DNA from: Scyliorhinus canicula
Lineage: Eukaryota
Reading direction: 5' to 3'
Assembly: GCF_902713615.1 (NCBI RefSeq)
Contig: NC_052151.1
Location: forward strand, 201,589,703-201,653,702
Length of the DNA: 64,000 nt
The notes beneath the pieces were generated by a model. That model saw only the letters and a program-made list of their open reading frames with translations. It did no database searches and was not told where the DNA came from. Within the stretch, counting starts at the first letter, position 1, and every line of letters starts with the position of its first letter. Below, piece by piece: positions 48,846 through 60,112 of the stretch. Made by a program: the position numbers and the translations under genes.

Positions 48846-51407
48846 CAGTTCGATCTGGGTGGGGGGGTCGCGTTTAGCAGCAGCATCACCCGGATAGGTG
48901 CCATTCTGGGGCCAGTCACACAGAGCAGCAGCAGGGTCAGCTCCTCAGACTCCAGGTCTTCCAGGGAATGCCTGCTGCTCCTTCGGGGAAAATGGCGACT
49001 GGTCCGTTGTTGGGAAACGGCACCCTCACGTGATCGCCCGGAGCCTCGTTCCTGGCCTTGCTTTCCCGCTTGATGCTGGTGCCTGCCGTCCGGAAACACT
49101 GAGTCGGGGGAAGCTCCACGGTCCGGGATGAGTCACGGCGGAAGTAGTGGGACTTGCGGTGACTTCCACCCTGGGATGGTCCCGGCACCTCGATTCTGGT
49201 GGTCGCCAGCCGGCGGTGTTGATGGCCCCCAATGTTCAGGACCGTTCGGAGTTCTTGGAGCCTGCGGACGGCGCTTTCTTGGGTGAGCGACAGCCCTGGC
49301 CAGGGTCCGGGGAGTCTCCCAGTCCCGAAGTCCGCAAACAAAGCGGTCCCTCAGTGATTCAGTAAGGGCAGTTCCGAACTCGCAGGGGGCAGCGAGTCCC
49401 CGTACGCAGGCCAAGTGTTCCCAGGTGGACTCTGGGAAGAGCTATGGAAAGGGTACCGCCAGACTAATGGGGAGGCTGTTCATTTAGCTGACGGCCCACT
49501 CAGTCAATCAGCCTGACGAACGGCAATCATCCCGTCCTGTCTGGGTAAGTCACGTTCCTGATTAGTGCATAGGTCGGTCCTCCAACGGCGGTCACTAAGG
49601 TGACGGTCTGTCGCTCGTCAGTGCTGATGACGTTTATGTGAAAAAAAATGTTTTGATGTGCTGGGCCCAATCGTCCGAGTTGGCATCAAAAGGCTCGGCA
49701 TTTCCTATGTGTGCCATACCTGCCAGCTGGAGAATGGCCTCCTGAGGAAGCGGAAAAACGATTCAGGTAGCACTTTATCCTCGTCGCCAGTGCTGTAGAC
49801 GGAGGCAATGACTCCACAATGGGCCGGGCTGATAGGATACAACACTCTTTATTCCACACTGCTCAATCAATCCTCAACACTGACTCCTCTCCACTCCCCA
49901 CAGCGTCTCCTTCCCCCAACTGCTTCCGGGTCGGGGTTTGTTTCCTATGGAGAGCTCCACCAATTGGGAGGAAGCTTCCCCCCCCCCCCCAGTCACCTGG
50001 GTAGCTCATACTCTGAGGCACATGCAGGTTGTGTTTCTCTGAGCTCCCGCTGCTTCTGGCTGTCACCCTGCTCCCGGACCTGGTGTGTTATTCTGTATAT
50101 TGGCTGACTTTCCTGGACTTTGAACCCTGGACTAAGGCAAGGGGGAACGGTGCTATGAACGGCTGGATAGAGGGGAAGAGGATCCTGTTGCTTCTGCCAG
50201 TTGCTTGCAGGGGAGCGAGAGAGGAGAGAGCTTACCTGCCTGCAGTTGTTACGCCTGGGACTCGTACTTGTCACTGGCTGCCTTTCTGCTTATCGGCTGG
50301 GAGTGGCGCATGGCGGGGGTGTGGGGGGTTGGGGTTAGGTTGGCCTCCTCCTGGGCTGAAGGTGGAGGAGAACAGACTGGTTTTTGCAGCTTTGGACTGG
50401 ATGGTGTCTGGATGCTGGAACTGTGAGAGCTGCTTGTGCAAATGTTGGTTTGGTTTGACTGTTGGGGGGGATTGTGTAGTTATTATTGTATTTATGTTGT
50501 GTTTTGTTTATTTTTGTATCTAGCGTCTGGGTGCTCGCCAGTTGGGGCCCCCCCTGTTTCAGTGCACTGGAAGGTGAGGGGTCTTCCCGGTTCTAGTGAA
50601 GGGGAGGGATGTTCTCTCTCACTCTCCTCCACCCCTCGCTGCCTGTCCTTTTCCAGTGGACTGAGCTGCTTGTGGGCGCCTCTTCTCTGACGTGAGGCTG
50701 TCGCTGGAGCCGGAGGAGGGTGGGGGAGGGGAGCATGTGCTGGCTCGAGTGCTGGCGGCTTTACCGTGTATTTAATTGTTTGTTGGATTTCTTGCTGTTG
50801 CTCTGTATTTTGTTTTGTTTTTTGTAAAAGGATCTCTGTGTCTTCGTAATAACAGAAATTCAAGATTGGCTTCTTGGATTGAAAGCAATTTGCAACTTTT
50901 ATTTTGTCACCTAGTAGTGTCAACTGGTAAGCTTTAATTTTCACACGAGTACTGAATTTAGGAAGGCCCAACCAGCCCTGCAGTAAGCTAGTCAGATGTA
51001 TCGATTGTTTGTCCTCAGCAAATACAGCTAAGTTGAATTGAATTTAAAATGCTATTATAGTTCGTGGTAATTTTGTCAACTCAAGATTCACAGTACAAAA
51101 TGACTGCGCAGTTTAAAATAGAATAAAATAGCCATTTTGCAAAGCAAGCAGATAGAATACGTTTCAGAGGATAGGTTGCATTGATTCTGGAGTGGCCTTC
51201 CCATCCCAATGCCTGAACTTTTAAGAAGATTACTATCCTAAACGTTTCGTCCTCTTTACAGCTATGATTGGTTTTAAATAATTTATAATTCATTCAATTC
51301 GAGCAAATGTCTGTCTGTTCAAATTTAAGAGATAACGGTGGCTGTATTTTTCCATAGCACCAGGAGTGGGGTGACTGGTCGTCACCATCAAAACAAAACT
51401 AGGATTT

Positions 51408-51580
51408 CAGCACAGGGCTAAATCGCTGGCTTTGAAAGCAGACCAAGTCAGGCCAGCAGCACGGTTCGATTCCCGTAACAGCCTCCCCGAACAGGCGCCG
51501 GAATGTGGCGACTAGGGGCTTTTCACAGTAACTTCATTGAAGCCTACTCGTGACAATAAGTGATTTTCATTTCATTTCAT
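51408..51580 (+). mobile_element. Short tRNA-derived SINE
   Basis: ggttcgattccc B-box-like motif and the tail shared with the 14860-type SINEs, ending (ttcat)n. Confidence 0.75.
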
Positions 51581-53389
51581 AGTTCTTTACGAGACAGAGG
51601 GTCTTTTCGCAGCATGACTGAGCGCAGACTCTGACGGTCTGCGAAAATGTGCTTATCAGATCAATTCACAAGCACTCCGCTTTTCTTACTGTCACGGTTA
51701 ATATATGACTTTAAATTTTATTTGACATGATTTCTCTCAATAATTTCTTCATTTAAACCTTTTTCTCTCTTTTCCGCCTTGCGGGGTGGGGGTGGGGGGG
51801 GGGATGGGGATGGGGGGTGGTGCCATTGACTTCATCCAGTTGCCTTCTCTCATTCCCTGTGTCAAGGTCCAGCATGGAGCGGGGAGATTCCATTGGGAGT
51901 CTATTTCGGAATACTGTCCAGCTGAGGTCAAGGCCTGGGAGCAATAGTGGGAGGAGGTAGGGGGAGGGGGGGAGGAAGAGACAGGAATCTTGCTGTGCCT
52001 GCGAGGATCAGCACCACACCAGGATAACTTGGTACAGACCCTGGGAGGGGGTAAGAGGGGTGTAAACCAGGCTCCTCTGTCAGTAATGGTGGGGGTGGAG
52101 GGGTGGGTTTATGAGAGTTAATTAGGAGGTTTGAGGGCAGTGAGAGATGCAGATGTTGGGTGTGGGATTGGAACAGGGAGTGACGAAGGGAGATGACATG
52201 AGAAGGGGCCACCAGCGGCTAACAGGAAATCTTCACTGGCAGATTGGTCAGACTGGGAGTCCCACCGCGTAGACCCGTCTCTGAACGTCTTGGTCCCAGG
52301 GCTGCCGAGGAGGGCCCTCTTTTCCTTCCACTTTTCGGAAGATGACCTTTGATCTTGGCAGCGAACGAGGCTGGAATGGGATCAACCTGCAAATGAAAGA
52401 TGGAGGTGTCGGTATATCAGCAACAAATGACATTTCCTGGAAGCACGTCAACAGTGACAGAGACAACAACATTTAAACACACTGCTGGCAATCAGGTCAA
52501 TATCAGATACGGACATTACAGTGGGAGGGAGCGGAGTGGTTCAGCAATATCGCTCCAGCATTGCAAAGGAACCTCCCACCTGTTCACATTACCATGCTCA
52601 GTGGGGTCTGGAACTAACAACTCCACCTGTCTTCCTCAAACATCCACTCCCTCCACCACCAACGCAGAGCCGTCACCAAAGACATCTCTGTGCAGCCGTG
52701 TGTACCACCCACAGGTCAAGGCTCCTTCGGCAGCACCTTCCCAACTCACGACTTCTACCATCCAGAAGGACAAGAGCAGCGATCCCTTCCAGTCAGGAAC
52801 ACTTCAGCAGTCCAGGCCGTTCCGCCTCCCATCTTTGGGTAAACATTCTCCAAGGCGCCCTTTGCGTCAACGCAGAATCTCCGAGCAGAAACCCGTAGCC
52901 AAGTTCCACACGCGTGAGGGCGGCCTCAACCGAGATCTCGGGGTCGCGTCACATTACATGTAACCCCCACCATACTACCCGGGTTGGAAGAATCCTACTA
53001 AGTGTCCTGGCTTGAGACAATTCACAGCTTGATTCCCTGCGATTATCCCTCACCCCACTCACACTATTCCTATAAAGATTTGCTCTTCACATTCCAATCT
53101 GTCATTATTTTGCAATTGTGTCTCTCCTGTATATTGCTGCGATTGTGAACCTGTCTCCACTTCGCCTGATGGAGGGGCGGCGCTCTGAAAGCTACTGATT
53201 TCAAATCAACCTGTTGGACTTTAACCGGGTGTGAGACTTCTTACCCAGCAAGGAAAAGCTGAGTTCAATGAGCGTGGCTCCGCCCACGAGCTGAATATAA
53301 TGCAAGATGGCCAAAGGTGACAGGTCGGATTATTACGTCCTGCGACCAATCCCCTCCACGTATTGCCTGAGATTAAGATGAACCATTAC

Positions 53390-53536
53390 CTTCTATGTTT
53401 CCATGACCAGATTTCTGACGTGACTTATGATATAAAACGATGATAATAATGATCATGATGGAGAAGATAATGATGATGCTGATTTTGACAATGATGGGGA
53501 TAATGTTGATCCTGGTCTTGAATAAATTATTTGAAT
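53390..53536 (-). CDS. CD2/SLAM-family receptor copy B, transmembrane exon
   Basis: Acceptor tttcctgtcttgcag, donor GTAATG, 147 nt, phase 1-1. Encodes DSNNLFKTRINIIPIIVKISIIIIFSIMIIIIIVLYHKSRQKSGHGNIE. Confidence 0.87.
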
Positions 53537-53591
53537 CTGCAAGACAGGAAACAAATAGACAAACGTGAGATCTATGGGCAATAAGTGGGGT

Positions 53592-53955
53592 AGAATCAAA
53601 AGAGTCATAGGATTTGCAGTGCTGAAGGAGGCCATTTGGCCCATCGAGTCTGCACCGGCCCTTGGAAAGAGCACCCCACCCAAGCCCACACCTCCATCCC
53701 ATCCCCACACCTACACCCTATCCCCGTAACCCCAACAAATCTTTTTTGGACACCAAGGGCAATTTATCATGGCCAATCCATCTAATCTGCACAGTTTTGG
53801 ACTGTGGAGGGGAAAGCGGAGCACCCGGAGGAAACCCACGCAGACACGGGGAGAACGTGCAGACTCCGCACAGACAGTGACCCAAGCCAGGAATCGAACC
53901 TGGGACCCTGGAGCTGTGAAGAAACTGTGCTAACCACTGTGCTACCGTGCTGCTG
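53592..53955 (-). mobile_element. V-SINE/HE1-like SINE
   Basis: Full head, V-domain and tail. Confidence 0.88.
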
Positions 53956-54869
53956 AGGAGCACACGCTTCATTTTCTGTGGAAGGGTGATTATGGACTCG
54001 AAACGTTAACTCAGTTTCCCTCTCCACAGATGTTGCCAGAGCAGACGGGTTTGTCCAACACTTTCAGTTTGTGGTTCTGATTTCCAGCACGCAAAGTATT
54101 TTGCTTTTATTGACAAGGGTAAATATCTTGTTGAGTGAGGCGGTTTTATTACTGATGCACAGATCACTAAAGGGGGTGACACAGGTTTACTGAGGGTGTA
54201 AGTCAGCAGCAAAGCTTGTCCTGGGCTCCTTTCTACAGGGGGCAAATTGAAAGGCCTACAATTTAGTTTAAACTTGTATTAAACTTCGGTGACACCACGC
54301 TTGGGAGCGCTGTGCGCAGTTGTGAGACGTGATTTAACCGGACAAAATCTATATCCGGTTCCGGGCACGTGTGGCGGGTGTTTCTCAGTGACTGCAGCGG
54401 CTGAGGAACAGCAGATATTTAACGACACTTTGCCATTTATTTTGGTCTCGGGAAGTTTCTGTCTGCCAAGACCGCACTAAAGAGCCATTTCTCGCTGGTG
54501 AGCCCAACAGGAAAGGCTCCTCGCAGATCGGGGCGCCATTTTCCCTGACTGCGCCGATCTTCCCCGCCCCCACCCACCTTTCAGCAACTCCCCCCCTCCC
54601 ACTTTGGACCTCCCCCCAATATCGAGGGAACAGAACCCCCGCCCCCCCCCCACCGCCCCCAGACCTGGTAAGGCCTCTCCAGGGTCCAATCCCTCGCAGT
54701 GTGAACTTGGCACCCGGCTATCCTGGTCCTGGCATCCTGGCAGTGACTCTGCCCGCCTGGCGGTGCCAGTGTTCCAGAGGGAGTTCCAAGGTGCCACCCT
54801 GCTCTGTCCTCTATCACCTGGGGGTCTGCAATGGCCTGTGGGATCCCCACCCCGAGGTGCCATAAGGCC

Positions 54870-55352
54870 ATGAGACATAGCTGCAGAATTAGGCCTCTCG
54901 GCCCATCGAGTCTGCTCCGCTATTCAATCATGGCTGATATTTTTCTCATCCCCATTCTCCTGCCTTCTCCCCATAACCCCTGATCCCCTTATTGATCAAG
55001 AACCTATCTATCTCTGTCTAAAAGACACTCAGTGATTTGGCCTCCACAGCCTTCTGCGGCAAAGAGTTCCACTGATTCATCAACATCTGGCTGAAGAAAT
55101 TCCTCCTCATCTCTGTTTTAAAGGATCGTCCCTTTACTCTTAGATTCTGTCCTCTGGTTCTAGTTTCTCCAACAAGTGGAAACATCCTCTCCACGTCCAC
55201 TCTATCCAGGCCTCGCAGTACCCTGTAAGTTTCAATAATATCCCCCCTCATCCTTCTGAACTCCGAGAACAGACCCAGAGCCCTCAACCATTCCTCAGAC
55301 GACAAGCTCTTCATTCCAGGGATCTTTCTTGCGAACCTCCTCTGGACCCTTT
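54870..55352 (-). mobile_element. CR1 3' fragment
   Basis: LERVQRRFARKIPGMK...WNSLPQKAVEA. Confidence 0.9.
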
Positions 55353-55506
55353 CCAAGGGCAGCACGGTAGCATTGTGGATAGCACAATCGCTTCACAGCT
55401 CCAGGGTCCCAGGTTCGATTCCGGCTTGGGTCACTGTCTGTGCGGAGTCTGCACATCCTCCCCGTGTGTGCGTGGGTTTCCTCCGGGTGCTCCAGTTTCC
55501 TCCCAC

Positions 55507-56432
55507 TATGCACAGTTCTGGTCTCCATATCCCTCGGTTAGACCACACTGGGAGCACTGTGCACAGTTCTGGTCTCCATATCCCTCGGTTAGACCACACT
55601 TGGAGCACTGTGCACAGTTCTGGTCTCCATAATCCCTCAGTTAGACCACACTGGGAGCACTGTGCACATTTCTGGTCTCCATATCCCTCGGTTAGACCAC
55701 ACTTGGAGCACTGTGCACAGTTCTGGTCTCCATATCCCTCGGTTAGACCACATTTGGAGCACTGTGCACAATTCTGGTCTCCATATCCCTCGGTTAGACC
55801 ACACTTGGAGCACTGTGCACAGTTCTGGTCTCCATATCCCTCGGTTAGACCACATTGGGAGCACTGTGCACAGTTCTGGTCTCCATATCCCTCGGTTAGA
55901 CCACACTGGGAGCACTGTGCACAATTCTGGTCTCCATATCCCTCGGTTAGACCACACTTGGAGCACTGTGCACAGTTCTGGTCTCCATATCCCTCGGTTA
56001 GACCACATTTGGAGCACTGTGCACAATTCTGGTCTCCATATCCTCGGCTAGACCACATTTGGAGCACTGTGCACAATTCTGGTCTCCATATCCCTCGGTT
56101 AGACCATACTGGGAGCACTGTGCACAATTCTGGTCTCCATATCCCTCGGTCAGACCACACTGGGAGCACTGTGCACAGTTCTGGTCTCCATATCCCTCGG
56201 TTAGACCACACTGGGAGCACTGTGCACAGTTCTGGTCTCCATATCCCTCGGTTAGACCACGCTTGGAGCACTGTGCACAGTTCTGGTCTCCATATCCCTC
56301 GGTTAGACCACACTGGGAGCACTGTGCACAGTTCTGGTCTCCATATCCCTCGGTTAGACCACGCTTGGAGCACTGTGCACAGTTCTGGTCTCCATATCCC
56401 TCGGTTAGACCACGCTTGGAGCACTGTGCACA
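55507..56432 (+). repeat. 51-bp CR1-derived minisatellite (copy B), preceded by a SINE head at 55357-55506
   Basis: Same unit as 9950-11370. Confidence 0.95.
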
Positions 56433-56534
56433 GACTCAATCATGGAGCTTTTAAAAAAAAAATTCTTTAAAGGCACCAGTGAATGAGGAGAATAGATTTA
56501 CACAGAACAAATAGCCATGATCCTTTCTTCAGAA

Positions 56535-56827
56535 CAGTGTTCCTCAAAGTGGGGTTGGCGACCCACAGGTAGGTCGCAGGATGATGTAAAATGGGTCCCC
56601 AAAGTTCTCCAAAAACGATGCCCAAAGATTGCCTGACCATTCTTCCTATTTTCTATCTGGGTAAATTCCCGCTGCAGCACAGTCTATGACCACATGAGGG
56701 CAGTTGGAGGATAAATGTGACATTTTTCAAAGTAACGATGGAGAATCTATTGTGAACATGGCGTGGGTCCCGCACGGCGGCCATTTTGAAAAGTCGTGCC
56801 AGAAAAAAAAAAGGTTGAGAAACACTG
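56535..56827. mobile_element. hAT/Charlie-type MITE
   Basis: TIRs cagtgttcctcaa / ttgagaaacactg; degenerate 8-bp TSD cttcagaa / ctcgagaa; empty site ctctagaa in copy A near 11405. Confidence 0.85.
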
Positions 56828-57099
56828 CTCGAGAAAGTAGAAGGTCGAGGACTAAAATATCTTTGCAATTATGAATGGCTTCGATAGAGAGAGTGAGCCC
56901 TGAGGGGGTGGATAAGTAGAAAATATCACCCGTTTCAAGAGAAGAGCACCCAGAGGCGTGCTGGAGAGAGAGTCAGCCCTCACAGTGGCCTCCTGGAGAC
57001 AATTAACTGGATCTTTATGGAGAGAGTTAGTTGGATTTCTTCACCACCGGCCAGAAACAAAACTCAAACCACAAACTCAAGCCTTGAAGCTCTGAAAAA

Positions 57100-57500
57100 C
57101 ATAAGATATAGGAGCAGAATTAGGCCATTTGGCCCATTGAGTCTGCTCTGCCAGTCAATCATGACTGATTTCAACCTGGCCTCAACTCCCCCGTCTTGAC
57201 CCGTCTCCGTAACCTTCAACCCATTACCAATTAAAAATCTGTCCAACTCCCCCTTCAATTTACTCACTGTCCCAGCATCCACCACACTCTGCGACAGCAA
57301 ATTCCACAGATTCACAATCCTTTGGGAGAAGTAGTTTATCCTCGGCTGTGTTTTAAATTTGCTGCATCTTATCCTCAGACTATGACCTCTCATTTTCGAA
57401 TGCCTCACGAAGAAGCATCCGCTCCCACGTCTACTTTATCCATACCTTTTATCATCTTGGATATCTCACTTTGATCTCTCAAAATTCTTCTAAACTCTCT
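57100..57500 (-). mobile_element. CR1 3' fragment
   Basis: RGHSLRIRCSKFK...FSQRIVNLWN. Confidence 0.82.
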
Positions 57501-58690
57501 CTAGGCTTGTGGGATCAGACCCAATCACCGCCTGTTACCGAGCAGAGCACAGCCTTTGGGCTAATTCATTAGCCAGCAGCCAATCAATCAAACCGAGTCC
57601 TCACTGATCTCCCTGACATTGGTCAAGCTCCTGTTTAAACCAGCACAACCTTCCGGATACTTCTGTTTGAATTAAAGGTACAGGCTTCTTGCATTAAAGT
57701 CGCAGGTCCATTAATCATCCATGGATCAAAAGTGAAACAGTAAAATAAAAGAAAGGGGAAATAAAGGAAGGAACAAGAAGGAGCCTTACATGTGAGATTT
57801 TTGATGTGAGACACAATGAGCGACTGGGCTCTGGAATATTCTGCCTTGAAGTGTGGTGGAGACAGGTTTAATCGAGGGCATTGGACGATTATCTTCAGAG
57901 AAACAATTAAGTCATGATGCTCGTTTGGAGAGCTGGTGCAGAGATGAAGGGCAGAATGGCCTCCTGATAGCTATGAAATCCTTTCAGCACAGAAGCAGGC
58001 CATTCAGCCCATCGTGTGTGCTTGACCGACCCCAGAGAGGAGCCCACCAAGGCCACACCCCGTCCTATCCCGTAACCCTGCACATTGATCATGGCCAGTC
58101 TACCTCTGCTGCGCATCTCTGGACAGTGAATCATAGAACAGAATGACTATAGCGCAGGAGGCCATTTGGCCCATCGAGTCTGCACCAACCCTCTGAAAGC
58201 GCGCCCCATCTAGGCCCGCTCCCCTGCCCTATCCCCAGAACCCCAACCAACCTTTGGATGCTAAGGGGCAATTTAGCATGGCCAATCCACCTAATCTGCA
58301 GATCTGTGGACTGCGGGAGGAAACCGGAGCATCCGGAGGAAACCCACACAGACACGGGGAGATCGTGCAGACTCCACACAGACACACACACACACGCACA
58401 CACACAGGTGAGCCAAGGTGCAGATTGTATCTGGGTCCCTGGCACTGTGGGGCAGCAGTGCTAACCACTGTGCCACCCCTCTGCACCATTTAATTGTGAG
58501 ATTCCGTGATCTCCTCACTGTTCGTCTTCCAATCTTGAAAACCTGGACAAAATAACCCTTTAAATTTAACCATCCCAGGGGTAACAGCCCGGCCTATTGA
58601 AGCCGAGCCCTTGGGTCCCCACAGTTATCTCTCAGTCCACTCCATTCCCTACTCCAGCTTCCCCCTGTTAGATACAAGGTTGTCACTGAC

Positions 58691-58981
58691 CTTTCTGTGT
58701 ATGTTGACATGGTTTATCTTTACTGAACACTGTGCTCTCCTCGCTGACAGGGTTCTGGGCTGTGCACAGGTAGTTGATGGAGTTGGACATTCCCACCGAC
58801 ACTTCCAACTGCTCCATATTCCTGGAGACAGGCTGAATGGAATCATCCCAGTCAAAGTATCCAACTGGAGACCAGCTATAGAGGACACGATCTCCCCTCT
58901 CCACAGAGCAGCGCAGGGTCACCATACAGGGCTGACCAATGGTGGTGTTGACCAACTCCACTCGAGGCTTGGATATAGGCT
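58691..58981 (-). CDS. CD2/SLAM-family receptor copy B, IgC2 exon
   Basis: 291 nt, same splice sites, four Cys retained. 7 amino-acid differences over 97 positions versus copy A. Confidence 0.93.
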
Positions 58982-59029
58982 CTGTGTGAAAAAAGAGAGG
59001 CTGTGAGTGAGTGTGGATCGGAAAAGCTC

Positions 59030-59568
59030 CTGGCCTGGACTCTCCCCTCGGTGGGAGACGGGACCCTGAGACTCCTGTCCCCAGACTCTCCCCTCGGTGG
59101 GAGACGGGACGGAGAGACTCCTGTCCCCAGACTCTCCCCTCGGTGGGAGACGGGACGGAGAGGCTCCTGTCCCCAGACTCTCCCCTCGGTGGGAGACGGG
59201 ACGGAGAGGCTCCTGTCCCCAGACTCTCCCCTCGGTGGGAGACGGGACGGAGAGGCTCCTGTCCCCAGACTCTCCCCTCGGTTGGAGACGGGACGGAGAG
59301 ACTCCTGTCCCCAGACTCTCCCCTCGGTGGGAGACGGGACGGAGAGGCTCCTGTCCCCAGACTCTCCCCTCGGTGGGAGACGGGACGGAGAGGCTCCTGT
59401 CCCCAGACTCTCCCCTCGGTGGGAGACGGGACGGAGAGACTCCTGTCCCCAGACTCTCCCCTCGGTGGGAGACGGGACGGAGAGGCTCCTGTCCCCAGAC
59501 TCTCCCCTCGGTGGGAGACGGGACGGAGAGGCTCCTGTCCCCAGACTCTCCCCTCGGTGGGAGACGGG
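59030..59568. repeat. 46-bp VNTR in the IgV-IgC2 intron of copy B (about 12 units)
   Basis: Same unit as 25065-25228. Confidence 0.95.
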
Positions 59569-59610
59569 AAATAGTTACCCTTCTCTCAATTGAAACTGCA
59601 AAATACTCAC

Positions 59611-59940
59611 CATAAACCTGGAGAGAAAGGTGTTTTTTATCATCTCTTGATGTCACCACGGACACAGTGTAAATCCCTTCATCGATTCTTTCGAGTGCGT
59701 TTATCTGAAGCGTAAAATTCACAAACATTTGAACTCTTCCTGCGAATCTGCTTCGAAAGATCTTTGTTGTGTTAGTGCCGGTGTCATATCGGGCGATGCT
59801 GGTTTCAGGGCTTCCTGTGAATTTCCAGATGATTTCTGCATCGTTTGGGATTGGGTCAATTTCCACAGGTAACCACACAGAATGTCCCAGGCTCCCATTC
59901 ACTGGATAATCTGGAGTTATAACATTCACATCACCAAGAC
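59611..59940 (-). CDS. CD2/SLAM-family receptor copy B, IgV exon
   Basis: Same splice sites and 330-nt length as copy A. 17 amino-acid differences over 109 codons; frame open. Confidence 0.92.
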
Positions 59941-60112
59941 CTTCAAATGGAAAACATGAAACATACTTTTACTGTCTATCTCTCCCTCCACACAAAATCA
60001 TTTAGATTAGGTCTGCGTCTCTGTCATTGAAACTTGGGGAACATCACAGGTAACGGAGCAGTGATTGAAAAGGCAGCAATTGGAGTCAATTCTCCAGAGA
60101 TCAGCAGCTGAG

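Larger units (their letters stand above)
38770..49800 (-). mobile_element. Old Ty3/Gypsy element (gag-RT-RNase H), 3' truncated, split by a younger element
   Basis: PBS TGGCGACGAG near 49782-49791; gag LTESLRDRFVCGLRD near 49350; RT WATPVVPVLK and PFGVSS...LDDVIITG at 47100-47650; RNase H DKTLLLTCDTSPYGIGALL...YTDHKPLLGLF at 38800-39070. Confidence 0.85.

Noticed and set aside
55373-56470. 365-aa and 348-aa ORFs
   Set aside because: Produced by the 51-bp (17-codon) minisatellite.
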